Positions 39,108 through 48,841 of a DNA stretch of 64,000 nt are shown one piece after another. The stretch comes from an uncultured virus (IMG/VR IMGVR_UViG_3300031758_003913) (lineage: Duplodnaviria; Heunggongvirae; Uroviricota; Caudoviricetes), in the IMG/VR virus record IMGVR_UViG_3300031758_003913, positions 1-64,000 of that record; one strand, 5' to 3'. Made by a program: the position numbers and the translations under genes. Position 1 is the stretch's first letter; the number at the start of each line of letters is the position of its first letter. The notes under the pieces are model-generated. The model searched no databases, had not been told where the DNA came from, and saw nothing but the letters and a program-made list of their open reading frames with translations.

Positions 39108-39680
39108 GTTAGGATTGATACGATTTAATTCTGCTAATACATGTGGAGTTAATTTCCATCTAAATTCAATTTGCCTAATGCTAGGCTTTTGCGCCCAGAA
39201 TATAATTGTATCAACAATATCGTCTAATTTAGTATTGTAGTCGCTAACAAACGCAGTTGGGTCAGCATTATCTACTGCTGTACCTTCTAAAAATCCTAAG
39301 TCTAAATGTAATAAAGGAATACCATCTGGATTCAAACTTATTAGTCTACAAGTTTCTGCTAGTTCTTGTTTATCATGTACATATTGCGTAGGTATAAGTT
39401 CAGGGTAGAATCTACTAACACTTCCCATAACTACCATCATATCTACTTTGTCTTTAAGAGCATTAACTAGTTTAGTCTGTTGCTGATCACGGTAAGCATT
39501 ATTGATAAACAACTCACATCCTTCCGCTTCAGCAACTATCTTGTCAAAGTCTTTATCAATATCGTAACCGTTGCTACGACTCATTCCTATAATCTCGTGG
39601 CAACTTATTTCTGTAAACTTATCATATATTGCTTTACCTATACCATGTGTATGGCCTGTTATAATTATTTTCTTTGTCAT
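39081..39680 (-). CDS. Short-chain dehydrogenase-like protein
   Basis: ITGHTHGIG, FINNA, GS, YVHDK (YxxxK). Confidence 0.8.
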   Translation of the reverse strand: MTKKIIITGHTHGIGKAIYDKFTEISCHEIIGMSRSNGYDIDKDFDKIVAEAEGCELFINNAYRDQQQTKLVNALKDKVDMMVVMGSVSRFYPELIPTQYVHDKQELAETCRLISLNPDGIPLLHLDLGFLEGTAVDNADPTAFVSDYNTKLDDIVDTIIFWAQKPSIRQIEFRWKLTPHVLAELNRINPNLDPSRIQF

Positions 39681-40117
39681 CTATTAGGACCTCCGGTTGC
39701 TCTGAACGATATAACATTAACTAATGGATTTGCCAGCCAATACTCAATAGCATTGATTACGATTTGCGAATCGTTGTAGGCAGTACTAGATAGTTTTAAT
39801 AGAACTACGTTCGGACTTTTAAGATCTAGTACACGTTCTTCTAATTTTGTTTTTTGCTGTGTATAGTCTGGCATTTCTACATCAGGAAAGTCTGTAACTA
39901 TACTGCCCATAACAACCATTTTGCCAACACTTGTGTACAACTGATTAAGTATATCCATTTGTATACCATAGGCGTTATTAATAAGCAAGTCACAACCAAC
40001 TGCGTCACCAATGTCTGATCCTCTATTAAAGGCTATAACATGATGACCTTTGTTAACAAAATGGTCGTGTAGTGCTTGGCCAAGTCCGCGAGTAGTTCCA
40101 GTAATACCGACTTTCAT
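39677..40117 (-). CDS. Short-chain dehydrogenase-like protein (minimal)
   Basis: ITGTTRGLG, LINNA, GS, YTQQK. Confidence 0.8.
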   Translation of the reverse strand: MKVGITGTTRGLGQALHDHFVNKGHHVIAFNRGSDIGDAVGCDLLINNAYGIQMDILNQLYTSVGKMVVMGSIVTDFPDVEMPDYTQQKTKLEERVLDLKSPNVVLLKLSSTAYNDSQIVINAIEYWLANPLVNVISFRATGGPNR

Positions 40118-41145
40118 TTAACTAAATCATCTATATTTTTAAAAAAGTCTATACCTAACACTTCTTCAACTTTTGTTCTTAATGGACTGGTTTCAAGATT
40201 TTTTAATTTTCTATAAAGTTGAATATTACCCCTTTGTATGTCCATAAACTTCTTAACATAAAATTCGTTACGTAGTTGAGGATTTTCCTGAGGAACAAAA
40301 TCTTCTCTGTCAGTAAATCCAATTCGTTCACTAGCACTAAAAAAACAACTAGCTACCCATTTAGTACCTTTGGTTATTAGTGTACTTTCATGAATTGTTG
40401 ACCAATTTATAGCTTCGTCCTCGTATCCTTGTTTAAAATATAACATTGAACCAGTTTTTGGTTTAATGTGTACATCTAATTTAGGGAAACTAGTAATGCC
40501 GCCGTCAAAGTTATCGTTTAAATATAAAATACCTGTACCAACTCTATCACCACCGTGACTGTAATAATTAATCTGCGTAGGATCATAAGGGTAATCGTGA
40601 TGTAGATCTAAGAACTGTCCTACTTCATAATTGTATATGTCGATCGCTTCTATATACGAATAAGGTATACCAATGTTATCTACGATAGTTCTAGCAATAA
40701 TGTTGTAATGATGCGGATCCATACCTAGGCTAATTCCTCGATTTTCAACATCTTCAGTTACTTGAGTGTAGCTTTCTTGTCTTGATTGACCGCCACTATT
40801 AGGATTCATACCATCTAAGACATGTTTGTTTATTATTTCGTTACACATATCAATAGATACTACATCTTCAAATACAGCTATGAACGGCATCATAGAATAT
40901 ACTTTGCAGTTTTTCATAGTAAGAATGGGTTTAGCTATAGCATCATCACGTATAACAGAAATAACAGTTGCGTGATCTCTGCCATTTACAGTTACACGCT
41001 CAAAAGAAATTTGTTGTAGTTCCTTCATAGTCTTTGGTTCTGTAATTAAGTGTCGCTTGTCACAGATTATTTCGTCACCTTGATCTGTTCTAACAAATCC
41101 AAAGCCTTTAGCATCATTAAACCATGTAACTATACCTTTTTCCAT
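40114..41145 (-). CDS. Cold-shock domain fused to prolyl-4-hydroxylase-like 2OG-Fe(II) oxygenase
   Basis: GIVTWFNDAKGFGFV; HHD, LYLNDNFDGGITSFP, IHE...GTKW. Confidence 0.85.
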   Translation of the reverse strand: MEKGIVTWFNDAKGFGFVRTDQGDEIICDKRHLITEPKTMKELQQISFERVTVNGRDHATVISVIRDDAIAKPILTMKNCKVYSMMPFIAVFEDVVSIDMCNEIINKHVLDGMNPNSGGQSRQESYTQVTEDVENRGISLGMDPHHYNIIARTIVDNIGIPYSYIEAIDIYNYEVGQFLDLHHDYPYDPTQINYYSHGGDRVGTGILYLNDNFDGGITSFPKLDVHIKPKTGSMLYFKQGYEDEAINWSTIHESTLITKGTKWVASCFFSASERIGFTDREDFVPQENPQLRNEFYVKKFMDIQRGNIQLYRKLKNLETSPLRTKVEEVLGIDFFKNIDDLVK

Positions 41146-41149
41146 TTTA

Positions 41150-41710
41150 TCACCATATGTTAAATAAATATTTTGGTACTAAGCCGCAGTTCATACCCGA
41201 GTGCCATAACCTTCGACTATCCCACTGAAATACGTCACCTTGTTCTTTACTATACAGTATTTCATCATCTACTACAAATACATGACCAAATGCTGGCTTG
41301 CTAATATGAGCATGCCATCTTAATCTATCTGGAATAGACAGGTAGTATTCCTCGTTGTCGTTTACGTCCCAGTGTATTGGGGCAAAGCGGCCTGGCCACA
41401 CTCGACTAATCCACGCAGAGTCATACTTTTCAATACTATACTTTTTACAAAATGCATCTACTACACTCTGATCAAAGTGTACACCGGGAAAAAACATATC
41501 CCATTGCACAGTACCACCTTCTTCTACGGCTTTGTATCCATTTTGCTTCCATAACTCAATAACTTCATTTAACTTAGGAATATCATCACCTTCTTTGTGA
41601 CTTGGCCCAGTAAACGGGCCTGGATGACTTTCGTGACCACATTTTTCTAGTCCGGCTATAACTTCGTCCCAGTTAATTATATCGCTAGAGTTACCTAAAA
41701 ATTTAATCAT
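41150..41710 (-). CDS. Fe(II)/2OG-type oxygenase
   Basis: PGRFAPIHWD ... WHSGMN...K. Confidence 0.7.
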   Translation of the reverse strand: MIKFLGNSSDIINWDEVIAGLEKCGHESHPGPFTGPSHKEGDDIPKLNEVIELWKQNGYKAVEEGGTVQWDMFFPGVHFDQSVVDAFCKKYSIEKYDSAWISRVWPGRFAPIHWDVNDNEEYYLSIPDRLRWHAHISKPAFGHVFVVDDEILYSKEQGDVFQWDSRRLWHSGMNCGLVPKYLFNIW

Positions 41711-42278
41711 TTAACGATCCTAAAAAATGAAATAGATATTGCGGTCCTTCGCCGCCATTAACACCTGCGTGATGGGATCGATAATTATCCCACTGATATA
41801 TTTCTCCACGTTTAATATTATGAAAGGCCTTGTCTTCTAAAATCATTACGTGACCAAATTTTGGAGGGTCTATAAAACAAACGTAGCGCACTAATGTACC
41901 TTCTTTTAACCATTCCTTTTCATGATCCTCGACGTCCCAGTGATAAGGAACCATGTTACCTGGCATTACTTTGCTTATAAACACTCGTCGAGGTTTTATA
42001 TTAAACATACGTTCAAACACCTGTTGTACTTCTATATCAAAGTGTTGCCCTGGATAATAGTCCCACCATTCTATTTGTTTTAAATCGTAACCAGCTTTTT
42101 CCCAAGTACCAATTACTTCTCTATAAGAGCTTAGTAATTCTTGGTCGTCTACTGCTTCTGCTTCGCTGCGATCCACTACACTAGTAACAGTATTATGATC
42201 ACCAACATGATGTTGAATATCAGCAACAACTTTATCCCAGTCAATTAAGCCCTGTGTTGTTCCTACTCTTTTAGGCAT
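41703..42278 (-). CDS. Fe(II)/2OG-type oxygenase, paralog of 41150-41710
   Basis: PGNMVPYHWD ... HHAGVN; shared PG.HFD and P.FGHV. Confidence 0.7.
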   Translation of the reverse strand: MPKRVGTTQGLIDWDKVVADIQHHVGDHNTVTSVVDRSEAEAVDDQELLSSYREVIGTWEKAGYDLKQIEWWDYYPGQHFDIEVQQVFERMFNIKPRRVFISKVMPGNMVPYHWDVEDHEKEWLKEGTLVRYVCFIDPPKFGHVMILEDKAFHNIKRGEIYQWDNYRSHHAGVNGGEGPQYLFHFLGSLND

Positions 42279-42948
42279 TAAAAATCTCCTTGTAAATGTA
42301 ATTCATATTTTGATTACCCCACATTACATGTGTGTTTAAACTACGTTTGAACATAGTTTCTAAATTTAATAAATTATTAATTGAAGATCCAGTTTCATCT
42401 AATCTAAATTTTGCAGTTTCGTGTATAATACCTTGCATAAATTTTTCCTGTATATAAGGTTCATTGACCGGTACACATCCATACCAATCTATTGCTCTCA
42501 TATTGTTGTTATTATCAATATAATGACAATGAGGATACATTGTTAATTTATAAACTCCTTTAGAATATTGATCAATAATTATATCTTTTATTTGTTTACG
42601 CCATTCTTGCTGTGGCCAAAATTTTCCGCTGTATATAATTTGATTACAGCTTTCGCCGTACCACTTAATGTATATTTTCTTATTGATTAAATCAATATCA
42701 GTTACTTCAGGTGCATATGCACTATCTTTAAAATATTCTATCCAATATAATTCATTAGAAAAAAACCAATCTACGACTTCTTTGGTATAAAGCGGTCTTT
42801 CTTTTTCATACATGAACTGATAGTTATTTGGCCAACTGTAGTTTTTGCAGAAAATTTTTCCGTCACTACTTATTAATGGCTCATAGGTTTGCTGAGCCAT
42901 ACTAGAAATACCTTCTTCATTAAGTTTTAAATAAGGTGTCCACTGCAT
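42271..42948 (-). CDS. Kinase-like fold protein, paralog of 37868-38563
   Basis: LISSDGKIFC, NEL.W...APEV, GVYKLTMYPH, AIDWY. Confidence 0.45.
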   Translation of the reverse strand: MQWTPYLKLNEEGISSMAQQTYEPLISSDGKIFCKNYSWPNNYQFMYEKERPLYTKEVVDWFFSNELYWIEYFKDSAYAPEVTDIDLINKKIYIKWYGESCNQIIYSGKFWPQQEWRKQIKDIIIDQYSKGVYKLTMYPHCHYIDNNNNMRAIDWYGCVPVNEPYIQEKFMQGIIHETAKFRLDETGSSINNLLNLETMFKRSLNTHVMWGNQNMNYIYKEIFNA

Positions 42949-42949
42949 A

Positions 42950-43609
42950 TCAATTCATATAAATCTTTATAGTTGATGGTACTATTGTTAGTAACTCATG
43001 CAAACACTTATGTTCAACTGCAAATAACGCACTATTACCTTCTATTCTAAAGTTGTCTAAAATACTTCTTTTAACTGCTTGATTTAACCAACTACTTATA
43101 GAATTATCAAAGTCATATCTTGAGTTTGGATCAATTTGTGTTAATTTAACATTAATTGGATCTACTAATACAGAATGAGTTAATAATTTTCTAACAACTA
43201 ATTGAATTCTGTATTTCTTTCCAACAGCGATTGCTGTGTGTAGTTTACCAGCATTCATTATATACCATATGCCATCATTAATTAAAGGATATATTTTTAA
43301 ATCATTGAGGTCCAACAAGTAACTACCGTCCCCTGTAATGTTTAAATGATATCTATCGTCAATATCAGCATGTTGTGTATAAGCACTTGGTGAATCTAAT
43401 ACAATAATTCTAACCTCACCTATGTTAGGGCCTAGAGGCTCAATTAGTTTTTCCCATACAGATCCAATAAATTCTTGTTTTAATGTCCAAGGATCATAAA
43501 ATAGATCGCCCGTCGGCTCATTTAATGTAGTTTTCATCACATCAAAAGACTTTGTTTCTGCAATTAATAGTAGATCAGAAGGTACTGTTATTGTCGTTTT
43601 TACTAGCAT
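42950..43609 (-). CDS. Asp/Asn beta-hydroxylase-like oxygenase
   Basis: HADIDDRYH ... LHTA...RIQLV; start moved to 43609. Confidence 0.65.
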   Translation of the reverse strand: MLVKTTITVPSDLLLIAETKSFDVMKTTLNEPTGDLFYDPWTLKQEFIGSVWEKLIEPLGPNIGEVRIIVLDSPSAYTQHADIDDRYHLNITGDGSYLLDLNDLKIYPLINDGIWYIMNAGKLHTAIAVGKKYRIQLVVRKLLTHSVLVDPINVKLTQIDPNSRYDFDNSISSWLNQAVKRSILDNFRIEGNSALFAVEHKCLHELLTIVPSTIKIYMN

Positions 43610-43614
43610 AATAA

Positions 43615-43658
43615 TATTTACCGCTTCTAAATTAAGTGCGCAGTTATCCTGGTAAATA
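43615..43658. promoter_or_regulatory. Divergent pair of GGTAAATA late-promoter-like motifs
   Basis: GGTAAATA-N5-ATG on both strands (ATG at 43609 minus and 43664 plus). Confidence 0.6.
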
Positions 43659-43663
43659 TTAAC

Positions 43664-44347
43664 ATGGAACTTTATATAAATCCTGCGTGGCAAAAAATTG
43701 GAATAAGTCTAAGTGGTGGTGCTGATAGCGCACTTCTTGCTTATCTAATTTGTCTTAGAACAGATGCAGAAATACATATTGTTAGTCAAGTAAGATGTTG
43801 GAAAAATCGACCATGGCAACGACATAATAGTTTGGAAGTGTTTAAATGGTTAGAAAAGCGTTTTCCAAAAAATAAATTTGTAAGACACGAAGGGTTTATT
43901 CCGCCAGAATTAGAAGAACCAAATACTACCTATATTAAAGACGAATACGGACAAACTAAACCAGGTAATAGGATAATACTTAGGGCCCATAACGAATTCA
44001 TAATTCATACATATAAATTAGATGCTTGGTTTTCTGCTGTAACTAAAAATCCAAATATAGATATAGTAGGAGCTTTAAAAGAAAGAGATGAAGGCGTGTT
44101 ACCCATTCATATGAAACATATGGGTATTGACATTTATCATCCTTTCGTGTATACTATGAAAGACTGGATAATAAAACAGTATTTTAAAAACAACATTGAA
44201 GACCTTTTAAAATTAACTCGTAGTTGTGAGGGCGAATTTGAAGATATAGATTATACAACATATACACCAGGACAATATGTTCCTGTATGCGGTAATTGTT
44301 TCTGGTGTAAAGAACGTGAGTGGGCATTAGAGTGTCAAGGCTTATAA
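43664..44347 (+). CDS. QueC-like PP-loop ATPase with Zn-binding Cys cluster
   Basis: SLSGGADS; TRSC...CGNCFWCKER. Confidence 0.75.
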   Translation: MELYINPAWQKIGISLSGGADSALLAYLICLRTDAEIHIVSQVRCWKNRPWQRHNSLEVFKWLEKRFPKNKFVRHEGFIPPELEEPNTTYIKDEYGQTKPGNRIILRAHNEFIIHTYKLDAWFSAVTKNPNIDIVGALKERDEGVLPIHMKHMGIDIYHPFVYTMKDWIIKQYFKNNIEDLLKLTRSCEGEFEDIDYTTYTPGQYVPVCGNCFWCKEREWALECQGL

Positions 44348-44940
44348 CATTCGGGTGTTCGTTTACATCTGGTTACGGACTAACAGATTCATCACAAGCA
44401 TGGCCTGTAGTTTTAGGTAAACTTATTAAACGGACTGTAGTTAATAAAAGTATTCCAGGAAGTAGTAATCTTGAAATACTTAATAACATATTATCGTTTA
44501 AATTTAAAGAAGATGATATAGTTGTTGTAGGATGGACATATTGTCATAGAGATATAGTGTTTAATAAATTATTGCCAGATATAAGAATTTCGCCAGGCAG
44601 AGATAGTACGTTATTTAAAAAATGGACTGAGCTACATAGCAATTATGATAATAATGTGAGAGCAGGAATTTATATACATCACGCAGAGTTATATATGAAT
44701 AGTATAGGCATTAAACATTGTAATTTTTGGGCTCCGTCTTATGCAGATTCTATATTGGATAAGATATTAGATTCTGTTGCCGGACAGTATCTTGGAAGTA
44801 TACCTAAATTTGTTGGTAAAAATACTCTGTATAGTAATATTTTAAACATTGTTGATTTAGCAAGCGATAACAGTCATCCTGGTCCTATTTCACACAGTAT
44901 TGCCGCAGAAAAACTTTATAAGATTATAAATGAAAAGTGA
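44332..44940 (+). CDS. SGNH/GDSL-like protein
   Basis: FGCSFT, PGSSN, DNSHPG. Confidence 0.65.
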   Translation: MSRLITFGCSFTSGYGLTDSSQAWPVVLGKLIKRTVVNKSIPGSSNLEILNNILSFKFKEDDIVVVGWTYCHRDIVFNKLLPDIRISPGRDSTLFKKWTELHSNYDNNVRAGIYIHHAELYMNSIGIKHCNFWAPSYADSILDKILDSVAGQYLGSIPKFVGKNTLYSNILNIVDLASDNSHPGPISHSIAAEKLYKIINEK

Positions 44941-46177
44941 AACATTTTGTATGCACCCTTTTACAGGGTTAGCAACACGCGAAGATGGTGCAATTAAAAT
45001 TTGCTGCCGGAGCCAACCTATTGGCTGGATACAAAATCAAAGTTTAGAAGAGGTGTGGAATAGTGACAATATGCAACTTGTTCGCAAGCAAGTATTGTGC
45101 GGAGAACGTCCTGAAGTTTGTAAACCCTGTTTTGATTTAGAAGATCAAGGTGTAGAAAGTTTACGACAACGTCACATTAATGGTGTTATACCTGAAGCAC
45201 GTATTAACTTATATCCTAATACACCGCTACAAGAAATAATGCCTTTTGAATTTCCTACAATGGAAATTAAACTTAATAATTTATGTAATTTAAAATGTCG
45301 TATGTGCAATCCGCTAGATAGCACTAACTGGAAAGATTGGAATGAGGTTGTTCCATTTTATAAAAAAGAAAATAACTATCTTGTACCTACTATAGAAAGT
45401 CTTGTTAAAACACCAGGTCAATATATTGGACCATTTGACGACACAGATAATTGGTGGACAAGTTTTGAAAAATTAATTCCACATTTTAAACGAGTTGAGT
45501 TTGCAGGCGGAGAACCACTAATGGATCCGCAGCATTACAAAATACTTGATATGCTTAAACCATATGGTAAGAATATAGAAATTAAATATGCCACTAATGG
45601 CACAACATTAGGCATAAGCAAAGGAAGGACTATACATGATTATTGGCCACATTTTAGAAGTGTTGCCGTTAATGTCAGCATTGACGGCATTCACGATATT
45701 TACAATTACATACGTGGTAACGGTAACTTTAATGACGTTGAAAGAAACATTAAAGAGATAAAAAAGATTCCAAATGTAAGTCGTGTAGTTGGTGCATTTA
45801 CAGCACAGGCTGGTAACATACTACAAGCCGCAGAATGTATTGATTATTTTATTAACAAAATGGACATAGTATTTTATAGTCATCGCGTAAGCTACCCTAA
45901 TTGCTTATCAGCACAGGTATTGCCTAACGATTTAAAAGCATTAGCTATTACTAAATTGTTAGCAGTTAAGTCTCAAGTAGATGAATGGGAAGCAGTTAAG
46001 AAAAATCCTTTACTAAGAACAGTTACACATCAACAAATACAAGATAATATTAACTATCTTCAAGCAAAAGATCAGCATAATCTATGGAGAGACTTTTTAG
46101 AGTTTAATCTAGCTTTAGATGCCACACGCAATCAAAGTTTGTTTGATGTAATTCCAGAGTTTAGGCCATATGTATAA
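44930..46177 (+). CDS. Radical SAM protein with N-terminal twitch domain
   Basis: CMHP..ICC..CKPC; CNLKCRMC, GGEP. Confidence 0.92.
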   Translation: MKSETFCMHPFTGLATREDGAIKICCRSQPIGWIQNQSLEEVWNSDNMQLVRKQVLCGERPEVCKPCFDLEDQGVESLRQRHINGVIPEARINLYPNTPLQEIMPFEFPTMEIKLNNLCNLKCRMCNPLDSTNWKDWNEVVPFYKKENNYLVPTIESLVKTPGQYIGPFDDTDNWWTSFEKLIPHFKRVEFAGGEPLMDPQHYKILDMLKPYGKNIEIKYATNGTTLGISKGRTIHDYWPHFRSVAVNVSIDGIHDIYNYIRGNGNFNDVERNIKEIKKIPNVSRVVGAFTAQAGNILQAAECIDYFINKMDIVFYSHRVSYPNCLSAQVLPNDLKALAITKLLAVKSQVDEWEAVKKNPLLRTVTHQQIQDNINYLQAKDQHNLWRDFLEFNLALDATRNQSLFDVIPEFRPYV

Positions 46178-47057
46178 AGTTACAAGTAGGTGGCCGCACC
46201 AGAATAGTATTAAGATCGAATGGAACATCGGCAAACGTTGTAACTATGATTGTAGTTATTGTCCAAGTAGTATACACGACAACTCAAGTCCACATACTGA
46301 TATAGAAATACTTAAACGTACTGTAGATAAATTAGTAACATTAGGCAAATCTATACGTTTAAGTTTTACAGGCGGTGAACCATGCGTTCATCCTAAGTTC
46401 CTAGAATTAGTAAGATACTGTAAACATGTAGGCATTAGTTGGATTAGTGTAACAACTAACGGCACATTACCGTACGAATTCTATGCTAGTCTTCCAGTAG
46501 ATCAATATGTATTCAGCATACATCTAGAGTATGACTGGAAACGTGTTTTTAACACTATAGAAAGTGTTGTTGACATTACTAAGATAAATGTAATAGCACA
46601 AATTATGGCTCATCACAATTATATGGACGCTGTATTACAATTACGAGCAAAGTGTTTGCTAGCAGAAATTCCTAGTACTGTTAGACGTATACGATGGACT
46701 AAGGGTGATCACGATTTATTTGACGATCTTCGATATAATGCAAATGACTTAAATTGGTTAAAAGAACAAGATGCAACAGTTCAGCCAAATACAATAATAG
46801 ATGACACGCAATTAATACATGCCAACGATGTAATTAAATTGCATTTAAACAAATACAATGGTTGGACTTGCAACGCAGGTATAGAAAGCCTGATGATAAA
46901 TTGGGATGGAGATGTACACAGGGCAACTTGTAGAGTTGGTGGTAGTCTAGGCAATATTTATGAAGATAACTTTGTTGTTCCTAGCGAACCAGTTACGTGC
47001 AACCGTAATTTCTGTACCTGCGCGGCAGACATACCGTTAACTAAGGAAAAATTGTGA
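46170..47057 (+). CDS. Radical SAM protein with C-terminal SPASM/twitch-like domain
   Basis: CNYDCSYC, TGGEP; CNAG...C..GN..C...CTC. Confidence 0.92.
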   Translation: MYKVTSRWPHQNSIKIEWNIGKRCNYDCSYCPSSIHDNSSPHTDIEILKRTVDKLVTLGKSIRLSFTGGEPCVHPKFLELVRYCKHVGISWISVTTNGTLPYEFYASLPVDQYVFSIHLEYDWKRVFNTIESVVDITKINVIAQIMAHHNYMDAVLQLRAKCLLAEIPSTVRRIRWTKGDHDLFDDLRYNANDLNWLKEQDATVQPNTIIDDTQLIHANDVIKLHLNKYNGWTCNAGIESLMINWDGDVHRATCRVGGSLGNIYEDNFVVPSEPVTCNRNFCTCAADIPLTKEKL

Positions 47058-47725
47058 AACGTACTATTGGATTTTTTGGTGATAGCTTTTGTGCTAGTCG
47101 ATATTCATTGTCGTTTAACTACAAAACTTATACCTCAATGCTTTCTGATTATTATAATGCTAAAATTGTAAATTTGGGAACTGGCGGTAGTTCTATTGGC
47201 GATCTTATTTTGTTGCAATTAAAACCATTCATTCAAAAAAACAAGGTTCCTGATATTTGTGTTTTTGCATGGACTGATCCAGGTAGATTATTTCATCGAA
47301 CTATTAGAAATTTAAATTACGCATCGGTACAAACTAATACTGAACGATCTAAGGTATGGGATTCAGCTCGAGATTATTTTACATACTTAAATGATCAGGA
47401 ATTTTTAGAATTACAATATGTAGCATTATTAGAACATGTTGATAATAACGTGTTACCTAAACTACCAACTAAAACTAAAATTGTACATCTGTGGTCGTTT
47501 GGAAAACCAAAAGAATGGAATACGGCAGGATTTAACGCAAGTAATCTTGAATATTATTATACTTGGAAAAATGGTGTTGAAGTTAGGCCGTCGTTAATGT
47601 CGGTGTGTATGATGGATAACCCTTTAGATGATATCTTTAATGATACAGCTCCCAATCATTTATCCAATAAATTAAAAAATGAACTAGTATTTAATTACAT
47701 TAAATCTGCTATCGATATACAATAA
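47054..47725 (+). CDS. SGNH/GDSL-like protein, paralog of 35312-36046
   Basis: FFGDSFCA, AKIVNLG.GGSS, KI.HLWSFG, NHL. Confidence 0.65.
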   Translation: MKRTIGFFGDSFCASRYSLSFNYKTYTSMLSDYYNAKIVNLGTGGSSIGDLILLQLKPFIQKNKVPDICVFAWTDPGRLFHRTIRNLNYASVQTNTERSKVWDSARDYFTYLNDQEFLELQYVALLEHVDNNVLPKLPTKTKIVHLWSFGKPKEWNTAGFNASNLEYYYTWKNGVEVRPSLMSVCMMDNPLDDIFNDTAPNHLSNKLKNELVFNYIKSAIDIQ

Positions 47726-47749
47726 TATACAATTAAAAAAAGGTCAGTA

Positions 47750-48841
47750 ATGATAAAGACAACAGCAATCAACGAAAAAGTTCAATCTAGTATGATGATT
47801 ACATGGGATACTGGACGTAGATGTAACTACGACTGTACATATTGTGATGCAACCAGACATACTAATTATAGCAAACATTCTAGTTTAGATGAACTTTTAA
47901 AGACTTTTCATTTTGCAAAAGAGTGGTATGAAACTTATACAGCTCATCGTGCGAATCCAGTGTACGATCCTGGCATTGATTTCACTGGTGGTGAACCAAC
48001 TAACAATCCTAACTTTTGGAAATTAATTAAAGAGATTAAAACTATCGATGATCGCTGGAGACTAAGTTTAACTACTAACGGCACTTGGCATTATAAGCGT
48101 ATGGACACTGTGCTTGATACATTATTTGGTCTTTCAATTAGTTATCACCCAGAAGCAGATAAAAAATTAAAAGACCGTGTTTTAAAAAATATTGTTGAAA
48201 TTGCGCAGACTAGTCTTTGGTTACAAGTTAACGTAATGCTTCATGTTGATTATTGGGATGAGGTTGTACAAGTATGTGACTTTCTAGATTCTAAAGGAAT
48301 CAAATATAACCCTGTTCCGATTGGAGATGGCAATAGAGCCATCAGTGGTTGGTTCATTGATGCCGACGGAAACAATCGACGTACAAGTCATGTTTACAAT
48401 AAAGAACAACAAGAATGGTTTTGGAAGAAAACTAACTTTAAAGGTTCAGCTAGTAATAGTAATGAGGGCACAAATATTGGTCGTAAATGTTGTGGCGGTA
48501 GATGTTTAATAGGAAAAGTAGAAGACGAATGGCAAGATATAAAATTAGTTGACAATCACTTTAAAGGCTGGAGTTGTACAGTTGACTGGTACTTTTTACA
48601 TATTAATCAAGAGTTTGGAGATATATTCCATCATCAAACTTGCCGAGCATTACACGGTGAGAAGATAGGTGCTATTGGTAATCTTAAAGATGGTGAAAAA
48701 CTTATTGCAGATTTAAAAGAACGTTTAAAAAATCCAACACCAATTATTTGTCCAAATCAACGATGCGGATGTGGTATGTGTACTCCTAAAGCAAGAGATG
48801 AAAAGGACTTTAAAGTAATATGGACTCAACTAGTAAAATAA
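47750..48841 (+). CDS. Radical SAM protein with Cys-rich C-terminus
   Basis: CNYDCTYC, TGGEP; CCGGRC, CPNQRCGCGMC. Confidence 0.9.
   Translation: MIKTTAINEKVQSSMMITWDTGRRCNYDCTYCDATRHTNYSKHSSLDELLKTFHFAKEWYETYTAHRANPVYDPGIDFTGGEPTNNPNFWKLIKEIKTIDDRWRLSLTTNGTWHYKRMDTVLDTLFGLSISYHPEADKKLKDRVLKNIVEIAQTSLWLQVNVMLHVDYWDEVVQVCDFLDSKGIKYNPVPIGDGNRAISGWFIDADGNNRRTSHVYNKEQQEWFWKKTNFKGSASNSNEGTNIGRKCCGGRCLIGKVEDEWQDIKLVDNHFKGWSCTVDWYFLHINQEFGDIFHHQTCRALHGEKIGAIGNLKDGEKLIADLKERLKNPTPIICPNQRCGCGMCTPKARDEKDFKVIWTQLVK

Noticed and set aside
43610..43693. N-terminal extension of the track ORF 42950-43693
   Set aside because: It overlaps the divergent gene and the promoter motifs; ATG 43609 fits better
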